Part shown: one piece after another, positions 34,978-44,710 of the stretch
How positions within the stretch are numbered: position 1 is the first letter of the stretch
How the letters are laid out: each line of letters opens with the position of its first letter
NCBI GenBank assembly: GCA_036488585.1
Contig: DASXHH010000008.1
Span: 3,069-67,068 of the forward strand
Direction: 5' to 3'
Length of the DNA: 64,000 nt
DNA from: Candidatus Saccharimonadia bacterium
GTDB lineage: Bacteria > Patescibacteriota > Saccharimonadia > UBA4664
Made by a program: the position numbers and the translations under genes
The notes under the pieces: generated by a model
Told to the model about the DNA's origin: nothing
What the model saw: the letters and a program-made list of their open reading frames with translations, nothing else
The model's database searches: none

Positions 34978-36213
34978 TTACGGCAACAAATTTCGCAGCG
35001 TGCGCTTAATTTTATCCACTGTCTGTCCAATGCCGTCTCCCGGCATCGTTTCGATTTGCGAGTTACTCATATTCTCGAGCATCAAACCAATCGGCGCGGC
35101 AAACGCCGGATCATTAATCCGGTCTACAATCCCCGAAAATCCTTCGGGCTTACCCACTACTGCCGGCAATTGGAGCGCCTCTTTAGCCATCTCCTCGATC
35201 CCCGGCATCTTCGCGCCACCACCAGTCAGCACTACGCCACCGGGCAGCATCACATCCTTACCGACCTTACGCAGTTCCGCGCGTACCAGCTGGAATATCT
35301 CGTCCAGCCGCGCCCCAGCAATCTTCTGCAGCTCCTTGCGCGTAATAATGCTCTCATCCTCGTCGAGCTCATCAATCTTCAACTTCTCTGCCAGCGCAGC
35401 CTTGGAGTTATGTGCCCGCACATACTTCAGCTTAATCTTCTCAGCCGTATCAATGCTGGTCTTGAGTCCAATCGCCAGATCATTAGTAATGTGGCCTGCA
35501 CCCACTGGAATCACGCTCGAATATAGGATATCGCCCTCCTCGTACACCGCCACGCCCGTGGTACCGCCGCCGATATCAACCAACGCCACGCCCAACTCCT
35601 TCTGGCGCTTCGTCAGCACCGCTCGCGCTGCCGCCAGCGGCACCAGCACCTGACCCTGAATCGCGATTCCTGCCTGATGAATACTCCGGTCAAGGTTCTT
35701 TATCGCCGGCACCGATCCGGTAATAATGTGCGATTCCACCTCCAGTCGCACGCCGTGCATGCCCACCGGATCCTTAATATTCTCCTGCCCATCTACCGAG
35801 TACGAACGCGGAAAAATCTGGATGATCTCGCGATTTGGCGCCAGCTGAATCGCCGCTGCCGCCTCCTCCACCCGCATTACATCGTCCACCATGATCTCCT
35901 GGTCAGCCCGACCAACAGCGATCACTCCCTTGGAGTTCTGGCTGGCCACATGCGCCCCATCAATCGAGATGGTGGCGCGATCGATCGCCACGCCGGAGAT
36001 CCGCTCGGCCTCATCCACTGCCGCCGTAATCGACGACACCGTCTCCTCAACGTCGACCACTACTCCTTTGCGCATGCCGCTAGTTGGAGCCGTGCCCACG
36101 CCAATCACACTCGGCAAGGCGGCCCCTTCCTCATGCAAGCCCACAATGCAGCACACCTTAGTACTGCCGACATCCAATCCGATATAAATTTCTTCTTGTT
36201 GTCTCGCGGCCAC
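34978..36213 (-). CDS. ftsA: Cell division protein FtsA
   Basis: Actin-like ATPase motifs (IGLDVGSTKVCCIVG; VDIGGGTTGVAVY). Position immediately upstream of ftsZ. Confidence 0.85.
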   Translation of the reverse strand: MAARQQEEIYIGLDVGSTKVCCIVGLHEEGAALPSVIGVGTAPTSGMRKGVVVDVEETVSSITAAVDEAERISGVAIDRATISIDGAHVASQNSKGVIAVGRADQEIMVDDVMRVEEAAAAIQLAPNREIIQIFPRSYSVDGQENIKDPVGMHGVRLEVESHIITGSVPAIKNLDRSIHQAGIAIQGQVLVPLAAARAVLTKRQKELGVALVDIGGGTTGVAVYEEGDILYSSVIPVGAGHITNDLAIGLKTSIDTAEKIKLKYVRAHNSKAALAEKLKIDELDEDESIITRKELQKIAGARLDEIFQLVRAELRKVGKDVMLPGGVVLTGGGAKMPGIEEMAKEALQLPAVVGKPEGFSGIVDRINDPAFAAPIGLMLENMSNSQIETMPGDGIGQTVDKIKRTLRNLLP

Positions 36214-36351
36214 GCGCCTTAGTGCTCCCTATTGCATCATATTATAGTTCTTGTGTCAGAGGTTGCGCAATCTTTGAACACCGTTAGTATATACCCTCTG
36301 CCATGCTTGTCACAGGCAACATTCTTGAGTACATTTTTTATTCAGACAGAC

Positions 36352-37119
36352 CTAGCGAGTAACTACTTCGGCTCCGCCTTCGGTCACAATCACCGTGTGT
36401 TCAAACTGTGCGCCCAGGCTACCATCGGCCGTCCGGATAGTCCAGCCGTCTCTATCCACGTAAATTTCGCGCGAGCCCAACGTGGCCATGGGCTCAATCG
36501 CAATCGACATGCCAGCCTCCAGCCGCGGCCCCTTCCCGGCCCGACCAACGTTCAAAATCAGCGGGTCCTCGTGCACTTCGTTGCCAACTCCGTGACCACT
36601 CAACTCTTCAATTATGCCCAGCTTGTCGCGCCGCAACCGAGCCTCGATGGCATGTGAAATGTCCCCGACCCGCCCACCGGCCCGTACCTGAGCAATACCC
36701 GCATCTAAGGCCTCCCGGGTTGCCCGCAATAACCGCTCTTGGGCAGGAGTCGACTGCCCACCGGCCACCACCGTCACCGCCCCGTCAGTGAACATACCCT
36801 CGTAATTAACCCCAAAATCGAGCCCCACCAAGTCGCCCTCACTAATCACACGTGAACCCGGAATGCCATGCACCACCTCATCATTCACCGAGATGCAAAT
36901 TGTAGACGGATACGGTGGCGCACTGGGATCGGGCTGGTAACCCAAAAAGGTGGGCTTACCCCCCAGAGCTTTCAGCTCCCTAGCCGCCATTTCGCCCAAA
37001 TAGCCAGTGGTCTGGCCCGGCTCGAGAGCCGCCGCCAGTCGTCGCAACACCTCGGCCAGAATACCCCCACTCACCCTGAGCCGCTCCATCTCGATCGCAG
37101 TCTTCACTCGGTTCATCAT
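36352..37119 (-). CDS. map: Methionine aminopeptidase, type I
   Basis: Metal-binding residues in context (…GLDFGVNYEGMFTD…GHGVGNEVHEDP…SIAIEPM). 4-nt overlap with adk upstream. Confidence 0.85.
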   Translation of the reverse strand: MMNRVKTAIEMERLRVSGGILAEVLRRLAAALEPGQTTGYLGEMAARELKALGGKPTFLGYQPDPSAPPYPSTICISVNDEVVHGIPGSRVISEGDLVGLDFGVNYEGMFTDGAVTVVAGGQSTPAQERLLRATREALDAGIAQVRAGGRVGDISHAIEARLRRDKLGIIEELSGHGVGNEVHEDPLILNVGRAGKGPRLEAGMSIAIEPMATLGSREIYVDRDGWTIRTADGSLGAQFEHTVIVTEGGAEVVTR

Positions 37120-37661
37120 ACCGAGACAACCTTCGACACCGCCGTCTTCATCAACTTATGCACCTCTTCAATACTGCCTCGACCGTCCACCCTCACCAGC
37201 AATCCTAGCTGGCGATAATGTTCCACCACCGGTCCCGTCACATCCTCAAACAACTGCCATTTTTCTCGCACGGCCTCCGGAGCATCGTCCTCCCGACCTC
37301 GCAACCCCAACCGCTTCATGCTCGTCTCGATATCAAGTTCAATCAACACCACGCAACTCAGTTCCCGTCCCAGCTTCGGCAGATTCTCGTCCAGCCAGTG
37401 AACGTCGCTGTCGGTACGCGGCGTGCCATCGAGCACCACTAGCCGGTCCTGGGGTATCTTGGCCATAGCCTCACCCACCACGCGCTGCACCTCATCCGCC
37501 GGCGCCAACCGACCATCCACCAATTTGGCCGCCGCGTGCGCGTCCGCCCGGAGCAATTTACCACTCGATAAATGAGCGCCGCCTAGATCTGCAGACAGTA
37601 AATCGCCCTGTACCGATTTGCCGGCACCGGTAGGTCCCATCAAGACAATTAACGCGCCCAT
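37116..37661 (-). CDS. adk: Adenylate kinase (short form)
   Basis: P-loop GPTGAGKSVQG, NMP-binding region, conserved adk-map order. Confidence 0.7.
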   Translation of the reverse strand: MGALIVLMGPTGAGKSVQGDLLSADLGGAHLSSGKLLRADAHAAAKLVDGRLAPADEVQRVVGEAMAKIPQDRLVVLDGTPRTDSDVHWLDENLPKLGRELSCVVLIELDIETSMKRLGLRGREDDAPEAVREKWQLFEDVTGPVVEHYRQLGLLVRVDGRGSIEEVHKLMKTAVSKVVSV

Positions 37662-38083
37662 AGCTTCTCCACCAGCAACGGTCCAAAAATAGCCACGCCT
37701 ATAATTACTGCCGCCACGGCCGCCATCAATACCCCGCCCGCCGACATGTCTTTGATCATTTTCACCTGGGCGTTCTCGTTTGGATCAATCAAGTCTAGCG
37801 TACGCTCAATCGCGGTGTTAAATATTTCCGCCAAGAACACCAATATCACTGCAAAGAACACCGCCGCCAATTCGGCGTCGCTCACCCCCAGCCACAACCC
37901 TATTAACAATGCCAGAAGCGCAAACATCAAGTGAAGTCGCGCATTATGCTCGTGCCGAAACACGTGCATTACTCCATGCCAGGCGTGCATCATGCCCTTA
38001 AGTAAGCCTGACTGCGCATAGGGATGGACTCGCTCAGTGTGGTCGTCAGCGTGAGAATTGGCGACTGTTTCAACCTGCTTCAT
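37649..38083 (-). CDS. dgkA: Diacylglycerol/undecaprenol kinase (DgkA family)
   Basis: Three TM helices and the …AEIFNTAIERTLDLI… catalytic motif (E-x-x-NTAIE). Confidence 0.7.
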   Translation of the reverse strand: MKQVETVANSHADDHTERVHPYAQSGLLKGMMHAWHGVMHVFRHEHNARLHLMFALLALLIGLWLGVSDAELAAVFFAVILVFLAEIFNTAIERTLDLIDPNENAQVKMIKDMSAGGVLMAAVAAVIIGVAIFGPLLVEKLWAR

Positions 38084-38526
38084 GATGCCAGCTTCTCCCG
38101 CACCAACCTCGACACCGCTGCGCCATCCGCCCGCGCACCCACTCGCTTCATTACCGCTCCAATCACAGCACCCATCTGTTTAGCGTCGGTGGCACCAATC
38201 TCGGCCATCGCCTCGTCAACCACCTTGCCTAGTTCGTCCTCGCCTATCACCTCGGGCAGGTATTCCGAAATCACCGTTAGCTCAGCCTCCTCGTGTTCCT
38301 CCAAATCGGTCCGACCAGCTCTCCGGTATGCGTCAATGGAATCACGCCTCTGCTTAGCCTCCCGCTGCAGCACCTTCAGTGCCTCGTCATCGCCGATCTC
38401 GTGCCCTACCTTGATTTGCTCGTTCTTGAGCGCACCCCGCAGCAACCGCAGCACTCCGGTGCGGTCGGCATCGCCAGCCTTCATGCTGGCCTTCATGTCC
38501 TCTGTCAACTGTTCGACAATTGTCAC
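38080..38526 (-). CDS. GatB/YqeY-domain protein
   Basis: MTIVEQLTEDMKASMKAGD…VLRLLRGALKN…EL…ISEYLPE is the YqeY pattern. Commonly co-transcribed with rpsU. Confidence 0.7.
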   Translation of the reverse strand: MTIVEQLTEDMKASMKAGDADRTGVLRLLRGALKNEQIKVGHEIGDDEALKVLQREAKQRRDSIDAYRRAGRTDLEEHEEAELTVISEYLPEVIGEDELGKVVDEAMAEIGATDAKQMGAVIGAVMKRVGARADGAAVSRLVREKLAS

Positions 38527-38595
38527 CGTAAATCCCTGTTTTCACCCGTATTGTAACGGTTAATTCGCTTATCTAACAAATCCAGTTTGGTTCCA

Positions 38596-38620
38596 ACGAA
38601 AAAGCCCCGGAATACCGGGG
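38596..38620 (-). terminator. Rho-independent (probably partial) terminator after rpsU
   Basis: Minus-strand hairpin ccccgg(tatt)ccgggg followed by cuuuuucguu, 20 nt after the S21 stop. Confidence 0.45.
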
Positions 38621-38641
38621 ACTCTTTCGAGCGGGCCGTCA

Positions 38642-38851
38642 TTAACGACCCAGATACGCCTTAGCCTTGGCGGCCTTGCGAGCCGATTTGCGGATGGCGA
38701 TCTCACGCTGAGCCCGTTTGGTCAGCGGCTTCTCGAAGTATTTGCCCCGGCGGGCAATACCCAGTACCCCCGACTGCTGCACTTTCTTATTGAAGCGACG
38801 GATCAGGTTTTCCAACGACTCTTTGTCGTCTTTGCGGGTTACTTGAAGCAT
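38642..38851 (-). CDS. rpsU: 30S ribosomal protein S21 (bS21)
   Basis: MLQVTRKDDKESLENLIRRFNKKVQQSGVL…RKSARKAAKAKA is a canonical S21 sequence. Confidence 0.8.
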   Translation of the reverse strand: MLQVTRKDDKESLENLIRRFNKKVQQSGVLGIARRGKYFEKPLTKRAQREIAIRKSARKAAKAKAYLGR

Positions 38852-38935
38852 ACGATATCACCTCCTTTCCTAAGGCATTGGAACATTAATTAAAGCCTAG
38901 CTAGATTACCAGATATGTCGCCGTTAAGCAAGCTA

Positions 38936-39259
38936 TTAGGCTAGCTGCTTGCCGCCCATCACATGGAAATGCAGGTGCTCCACCACCTGGCCTGCTGGTC
39001 GCCCGTTGTTCACCTGCAAGCGCCAACCACCCCTGATCCCAGCCTTCTCGGCCACTTCCCGCGCGGCCATCAGCAGCTGGCCGGCCAGTTCCTGGTCATC
39101 CAATTCGTCCAAATTCAGAACGTGCCGCTTCGGCACCACCAAGATATGCACCGGTGTTTTAGGATGGATATCCTGAAACGCCGCCACCACCTCGTTCTCC
39201 CAAAATAATTTGGACTTGTCACCATTTGCGATCCCGCAAAACAAGCATTCGTCATTCAT
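38936..39259 (-). CDS. HIT-family (histidine triad) nucleotide hydrolase
   Basis: CLFCGIA…HILVVPKRH…HLHFHVMGG carries the HxHxHxx triad. Confidence 0.8.
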   Translation of the reverse strand: MNDECLFCGIANGDKSKLFWENEVVAAFQDIHPKTPVHILVVPKRHVLNLDELDDQELAGQLLMAAREVAEKAGIRGGWRLQVNNGRPAGQVVEHLHFHVMGGKQLA

Positions 39260-39359
39260 GTCGTCCAGTATACCAAATCCTTTGCCAACCCCCTTTTGCT
39301 TGACAAATAAGCGCTTTTAGCGCAGAATGCTCGATTCGCTCCGGAGGTGGATTTTTCGC

Positions 39360-40004
39360 ATGACCGTCAATCTAAAAACAACCATTCTCTATTCTTCGCT
39401 TCTCGCCGTTACACTTAACGTCGCGCAGTTCTTCAGTGGTTTCGTTCAGCACAGTAACGCCTTTGCGCCATCCTGGGCCTACGCCTCCTCGGCCACCCCA
39501 GTGCCAACGGCCGCACCCCCAGCCCTGCCCCTGTTGCAGCCGGCCGATCCCGCCACTGTCACCACCGCCTCCGTCACCTCGCCCACCGAGCAGCCGGCTG
39601 ACACCGCCGCTGTAGCCGCCCGCCTCAGCGCAGCCGGCCTCAAGCCCGATTACGCCGCCTTATACTTGGGCGTACAGCGCGCCACTGGCACCCCATGGCA
39701 ACTACTCGCCGCGGTACACAAAGTTGAAACCGGCCAGAGCGGCAGTACCTCTCGCACCTCGTCCGCCGGTGCCGAAGGCCCAATGCAGTTCATGCCCGGC
39801 ACCTTTAACCACTACGCCGTCGATGGTGATGGCAACGGCACCAAAGACATCACCAACGTCACCGACGCCGTGTACACGGCCGGCCGTTACCTAGCAGCCG
39901 GCGGTGCCACTCGCGGCCAGTACTCCAGCGCCCTCTACAACTACAATCACTCCTGGTCGTACGTATCGACCGTTACCGGCATCTACTCCCGTCTCGGTCT
40001 CTAA
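39360..40004 (+). CDS. Secreted lytic-transglycosylase-like protein (Ala/Pro-rich linker plus SLT_2/MltB-like C-domain)
   Basis: SD ggaggtgg 9 nt before the ATG at 39360 (the ORF track starts earlier at 39327). Signal peptide. C-domain …AEGPMQFMPGTFNHYAVDGDGNGTKDITNVTDAVYTAGRYLAAGG… matches the GPMQFMPxT…D…YL signature. Confidence 0.6.
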   Translation: MTVNLKTTILYSSLLAVTLNVAQFFSGFVQHSNAFAPSWAYASSATPVPTAAPPALPLLQPADPATVTTASVTSPTEQPADTAAVAARLSAAGLKPDYAALYLGVQRATGTPWQLLAAVHKVETGQSGSTSRTSSAGAEGPMQFMPGTFNHYAVDGDGNGTKDITNVTDAVYTAGRYLAAGGATRGQYSSALYNYNHSWSYVSTVTGIYSRLGL

Positions 40005-40008
40005 GCCA

Positions 40009-40275
40009 TTACTGAGCAGGCGCCCGCACTCCTACTTGCACCAGCAGGTATAGCAAAAAGTGCCAAATTCCCAAAAACACCGACCACACCAGCGGAAACA
40101 ACACCGGCAGCAATAACACCAGTAGCAGCACAAACAGCCAGCTACTACGTATTAGATGCACGAATAGCACCACCACGCCTACCAACAATGCCACCGTCAA
40201 CAGCCACTGCAGTACCGGCGGGAAGACCGAAATTATCTGGTTGTAGGCGCTCACCAAAATCTGATAAATGCCCAT
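40009..40275 (-). CDS. Small polytopic membrane protein (88 aa), possibly an NfeD-like partner of the SPFH gene
   Basis: Three hydrophobic helices, immediately downstream of the SPFH gene. Confidence 0.3.
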   Translation of the reverse strand: MGIYQILVSAYNQIISVFPPVLQWLLTVALLVGVVVLFVHLIRSSWLFVLLLVLLLPVLFPLVWSVFLGIWHFLLYLLVQVGVRAPAQ

Positions 40276-40293
40276 GCCCTGCCTCCGCCTAAA

Positions 40294-41049
40294 CTACTTG
40301 CTCTCTTTTGCCAGAAAGTCCTTCACACTACTAACAGTGTCCATAAATTGAGCCGGAAATACGATTGTAGAGTTTTTGTCGCTGGCAATCTCTGTCAGCA
40401 CTTGCAAATTACGCAGCTGCAGCGCAATCGGATGAGCGTTAATAATGTCGGCCGCCTGCCCCAGCTTCTCTGCGCTCTGGAACTCACCATCCGCCGCAAT
40501 GATCTTAGCCCGCTTCTCGCGCTCCGCCTCAGCTTGCCGCGCCATCGCCCGCTGCATGCTGTCTGGCAACTGAATGTCCTTGAGCTCCACTTTACTCACG
40601 TCCACACCCCACTGACCGGTCACGTCATCCAGCGTCTGCTTCACCAATTCGTTGAGCTTGTTCGTGTTCGACAACACTTCGTCCATCGGATGCTGCCCCA
40701 CAATGTTACGCACCGTGGTCTGGGCGATCTGATTTATAGCCATAATCACGTTATCGATCGCCACCAGCGATTTGGTCGCGTCCACCACCCGGTAGTACGA
40801 CACCGCCGCCACATCAATCGACACGTTATCTTTTGTAATCACATTCTGCGACGGGATCGGCATGGTAATAATGCGCATATTCACTTTGCGCATTACATCA
40901 ATCAACGGAATAATCAGTCTAAGTCCCGGCCCCTTCTCATTCGGTAGCACCCTACCAAGTCTAAACACCACGCCCTTCTCATACTGCTGCACAACTCGTA
41001 GCCCAAACAGGAGCAGTACCAGAATAATAATTATAATCGCGGTCATCAT
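40294..41049 (-). CDS. SPFH/band-7 (stomatin/prohibitin-like) membrane protein
   Basis: N-terminal TM. …[15 protein letters not shown]…[24 protein letters not shown]… SPFH domain. C-terminal coiled coil. Confidence 0.75.
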   Translation of the reverse strand: MMTAIIIIILVLLLFGLRVVQQYEKGVVFRLGRVLPNEKGPGLRLIIPLIDVMRKVNMRIITMPIPSQNVITKDNVSIDVAAVSYYRVVDATKSLVAIDNVIMAINQIAQTTVRNIVGQHPMDEVLSNTNKLNELVKQTLDDVTGQWGVDVSKVELKDIQLPDSMQRAMARQAEAEREKRAKIIAADGEFQSAEKLGQAADIINAHPIALQLRNLQVLTEIASDKNSTIVFPAQFMDTVSSVKDFLAKESK

Positions 41050-41130
41050 CGTCTCCAGCTATCTAGCATTAATATTGCGCCTTACTAGCGCTATTCGCAA
41101 TGGAAGCCTCTTGGTTAACCACATCTAAAC

Positions 41131-41168
41131 GGACCGGGAGCCCCTGCACACGCAAAAGCTCCCGGTCC
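41131..41168. terminator. Hairpin between hisS and the SPFH gene, a possible weak hisS terminator
   Basis: 11-bp stem ggaccgggagc / gctcccggtcc around a 16-nt loop. Weak U-tract on the minus strand, stronger T-run on plus. Confidence 0.3.
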
Positions 41169-41184
41169 GCAACCGTTTTTATAA

Positions 41185-42465
41185 TTATTTTGCTAAACCA
41201 AACCGACTTCTAAGCTCGGCCACAATACTGCCTACCGGCAGCACCTCCTGCGCACCGGAGGCCATGTCGCGTAATATCACTGTCTCCTCGCGCACCTCTT
41301 TTTGCCCAATAATGATCGCGTACGGCACACCCAGTTTGTCGGCCCGCGCCAGTTGCGAACCTATGCCGTCACGATCCACCGCACCCACCGCCGCCACATC
41401 ACCGTCCAGCAATTGCTCGATCAACCGAAATGCCGCCAGCCGCGCCGGCTCACCCAAGCTCGCTACGTACACGCGCTTGGCCACCGCTGGCTGCGGCAAT
41501 GCACCAGCTGCTTCCAGCTCTATGAGCATCCGCTCAAGCCCCAACCCGAAGCCCACCGCCGGCGTAGGCTGGCCGCCCAGTTGCTCCACCAGCAGATCGT
41601 ATCTACCCCCGCCACCTACCGCCGACTGTGCGCCTTCTCGTTCACCAAAAAATTCAAACACCGTCCGAGTGTAGTAATCCAAGCCTCGCACCAGGAGTGG
41701 GTTCAGTTCGTACGCCACCCCCAAGTCATCCAGGTATTCCAACACCCCCGCAAAGTGCTTCTGACAAGCCTCACACAGGTAATTCAGCGTCTGCGGCGCA
41801 TCCGCTAGCACCACTTGAGTTGCCGTCTCCTTAGAGTCAAGCACCCGCAGCGGATTGCTCTTCACCCGCTCCCGGTCCACTTCGGCCAACTTCTTGATGT
41901 TAGCCTCGAGGTACTCCACCAAGGCTTTGCGATACTTAGGCCGGCATTCCTTGTCACCGATACTGTTTAGTTGCAGCGTCAGATTGCTCAGCCGAATCCT
42001 CTTAAAGAACCGCTGGGCCAACATAATCACCTGCGCATCCACACTAGGCGAAGCATCCCCCAACACTTCCACATCAAACTGGTTAAACTGCCGCTGCCGC
42101 CCAGCCTGCGGACGGTCATAGCGAAATAGCGGTCCGTAAAAATACAACTTCACTGGCTGCGGCCACGATGACATGCCGTTCTCAACATAGGCCCGCACAA
42201 TGCCGGCCGTCGGCTCAGGCCGCAATGACACATCGTGTTCAGACCGATCCTTAAATGAGTACATTTCCTTCGATACCGCGTCTGTATCCGTCCCCACGCC
42301 GCGCTCAAACAGAGCCGTGTCCTCAAGCAAGGGCGTGTCGACACGTCCATACCCTGCCGCCTCCGCTATCGCCCGAAATTGACCGGTTAGGTAATCAATT
42401 TGGGCAGCACGTTCCGGCAGAATGTCATACATACCGCGTAGAGTCTGGAACTGTTGCTTTGCCAC
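41185..42465 (-). CDS. hisS: Histidine--tRNA ligase
   Basis: Class II motifs: …MYSFKDRSEHDVSLRPEPTAGIVRAY…FRYDRPQAGRQRQFNQFDVEVLG… and …GGGRYD…. Confidence 0.85.
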   Translation of the reverse strand: MAKQQFQTLRGMYDILPERAAQIDYLTGQFRAIAEAAGYGRVDTPLLEDTALFERGVGTDTDAVSKEMYSFKDRSEHDVSLRPEPTAGIVRAYVENGMSSWPQPVKLYFYGPLFRYDRPQAGRQRQFNQFDVEVLGDASPSVDAQVIMLAQRFFKRIRLSNLTLQLNSIGDKECRPKYRKALVEYLEANIKKLAEVDRERVKSNPLRVLDSKETATQVVLADAPQTLNYLCEACQKHFAGVLEYLDDLGVAYELNPLLVRGLDYYTRTVFEFFGEREGAQSAVGGGGRYDLLVEQLGGQPTPAVGFGLGLERMLIELEAAGALPQPAVAKRVYVASLGEPARLAAFRLIEQLLDGDVAAVGAVDRDGIGSQLARADKLGVPYAIIIGQKEVREETVILRDMASGAQEVLPVGSIVAELRSRFGLAK

Positions 42466-42550
42466 TCTTTCTCCTTTGCTTTTCGAGACCCTAAGCTACA
42501 AGCTTCTAGCTCACCAGAATGTAGCATGATGACCTACACCAGGGCAAATC

Positions 42551-44710
42551 TTACTGCACCCGCTGCACCTGCATTACACCCTGTACCCGCTCTAGTTGGC
42601 GTATTAGATCGGCCAACACAAACAAATCCGGCACCTCTACCCCAAAGCTCACCGTGCTAGTACCTTGGTCGGGATCTGGACGCGTAGTCATGCCTGCCAA
42701 ATTTAACTTCCGGTCGGCAATCGTCCGGCTTACATCCGAAATCAGTCCAATGCGATCAGCCACCTTTACCTCCACTCGGCACACGATCCACTCGTCGGTC
42801 CGGTCGGTCGTTTCCCAGCGACACGACGCATATCGCTCAACGTCATGCGGCACATTGCGACAACCCAGCGCGTGCACCGTCACCCCTTTCCCGCGCGTCA
42901 CATAACCGATCAGTGGCTGCGGGAATACCGGCCCACAGCACTGAGCCATCGTGTAGGGCAGCTGCTCGCCCTCCACCAGCACCCGGCCGGTCGGCTCGGT
43001 GCGCTTCACCACCGCCACGTCACGCGGCTTGGCAGCATCCGGAATGAGTCGGCGGATCACCTGATTTACGCTCACCGCTCCCTCACCAATCAGCGCAAAC
43101 AAATCCTCCGCGGTCCGGGCATGCAGTGCGTCTACCGCCTCCAGCAGCGCCTTTTTGGGCAAATCCTCGAGCCGCCGCACACTCCATGCCGCCGATAGTT
43201 CCGCCTCCAGTACCGCCCGACCTTGCGCCACATTTGCGTCATGACTCTCCGCTCTAAACCACGCTCGAATCCGGTTTTTAGCTTGAGCCGTCACCACAAA
43301 CCCCAGCCAATCCCGGTTTGGCGCCGGCTCGCGGCGGGTCACTACCTCCACCACATCGCGGTTTTCAAGCTTGGAATCAAGCGGAACCATGCGGCCGTTC
43401 ACCTTCGCACCCTGTGCCCGAAGCCCAATCCCCGAGTGCACCGAGAACGCGAAGTCTAGCGGTGTGGCACCATCGGGCAGATCGTACAGGTCACCTTTAG
43501 GCGAAAACGCGAAGATCCGATTGTTAAATAACTCAAGCTTTACCCCATCTAAAAACTCCTGCCCCGAGGCCGTCGACTGCTGAATATCAACCAGCTTGTT
43601 TACCCACCGCAGCTTCTCCGGCACCGCCTGCGATACCCGATTGGCATGATCCTTACTGGTCTTGCGCAGATCGTAGAAGAAATGCGCTGCCAAACCATGC
43701 TCCGCTTCCTCGTGCATCAGTGGCGTGCGAATCTGGATCTCCGTAATGCGTCCCTCATCCGCAAACACCGTGGTGTGCAGGCTCTGGTAGCCATTGGTTT
43801 TTGGCACCGCAATGTAGTCCTTAATACGGTAAATCAGCGGTTTATATTGCTGATGCAAAATACCCAGCGTCTGATAGCACGCCGCCACATCCTGAACAAT
43901 GATCCGCACCGCAATCAGATCGTAAATCTTATCCAGGTCGCCGCCCACCTTCGCCAGTTTTTTGTAGATACTGTAGTAATGCTTCTGCCGCCCCTCAATA
44001 TGCAGCATCTTCACTCCCCCGTCCTCCAGGTGCTGTGCAATCGCCCGCTTCAAAATTGCCAGATACCGCTCCGCTTTCTTAGCCGTCACCCGCACCTGAC
44101 GCTCCAGGTCGGCGTACTCTTCGGGCCTCGAGTACTTAAAGCCCAGGTCCTCCAATTCACCTTTCAGCTGGCCCATTCCCAAACGGTCGGCCAGTGGTGC
44201 GTACACCTCCAGGCTCTCACGCGCTATCACCATTCTTTTCTCCGGAGGCAAGTATCCAAGCGTGCGCATGTTGTGCAGTCGGTCAGCCAGCTTCATCAAT
44301 ATTACCCGCGGATCTTTGGCCGTCGCCAACAACAGCTTGCGTAGGTTCTCGTTGCTAGCCTCAAGCCGGGCACTACCCGCCGCCGGCCGTGGCGTCGCAG
44401 ACAACCGCATTTTGGTCACCCCATCCACCAGCTCTGCTACCTTCGGCCCAAACTCGTCCTTCACTTGATCTAGTGTGGCGTCAGTGTCCTCCACCACGTC
44501 ATGCAAGAGCGCCGCCATTACCGCCTCGTAATCGAGCCCCCACTCCGCCAGCGTTTCCGCCACCGCAATCGGGTGAATAATGTATGGCTCGCCGCTCGCT
44601 CGCCGCTGTCCATTATGAGCCGTGTTGGCATATTCCAACGCTCGCGCTATGGCTTCATTCTGCTCATCCGTGTAACGTTGGTGTTCATATTGCATAACTA
44701 AATTATTCAT
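42551..44710 (-). CDS. relA: Bifunctional (p)ppGpp synthetase/hydrolase (RelA/SpoT/Rsh family)
   Basis: N-terminal HD domain (…HPIAVAETLAEWGLDYEAVMAALLHDVVEDT), synthetase domain (…YQSLHTTV…), TGS and C-terminal ACT-like region. 719 aa. Confidence 0.85.
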   Translation of the reverse strand: MNNLVMQYEHQRYTDEQNEAIARALEYANTAHNGQRRASGEPYIIHPIAVAETLAEWGLDYEAVMAALLHDVVEDTDATLDQVKDEFGPKVAELVDGVTKMRLSATPRPAAGSARLEASNENLRKLLLATAKDPRVILMKLADRLHNMRTLGYLPPEKRMVIARESLEVYAPLADRLGMGQLKGELEDLGFKYSRPEEYADLERQVRVTAKKAERYLAILKRAIAQHLEDGGVKMLHIEGRQKHYYSIYKKLAKVGGDLDKIYDLIAVRIIVQDVAACYQTLGILHQQYKPLIYRIKDYIAVPKTNGYQSLHTTVFADEGRITEIQIRTPLMHEEAEHGLAAHFFYDLRKTSKDHANRVSQAVPEKLRWVNKLVDIQQSTASGQEFLDGVKLELFNNRIFAFSPKGDLYDLPDGATPLDFAFSVHSGIGLRAQGAKVNGRMVPLDSKLENRDVVEVVTRREPAPNRDWLGFVVTAQAKNRIRAWFRAESHDANVAQGRAVLEAELSAAWSVRRLEDLPKKALLEAVDALHARTAEDLFALIGEGAVSVNQVIRRLIPDAAKPRDVAVVKRTEPTGRVLVEGEQLPYTMAQCCGPVFPQPLIGYVTRGKGVTVHALGCRNVPHDVERYASCRWETTDRTDEWIVCRVEVKVADRIGLISDVSRTIADRKLNLAGMTTRPDPDQGTSTVSFGVEVPDLFVLADLIRQLERVQGVMQVQRVQ

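Noticed and set aside
35000-36222. Plus-strand ORFs 35000-35653, 35056-35526, 35677-36222, 35891-36187 opposite ftsA
   Set aside because: They are antisense to ftsA, whose actin-fold motifs are unambiguous. They overlap one another in multiple frames.
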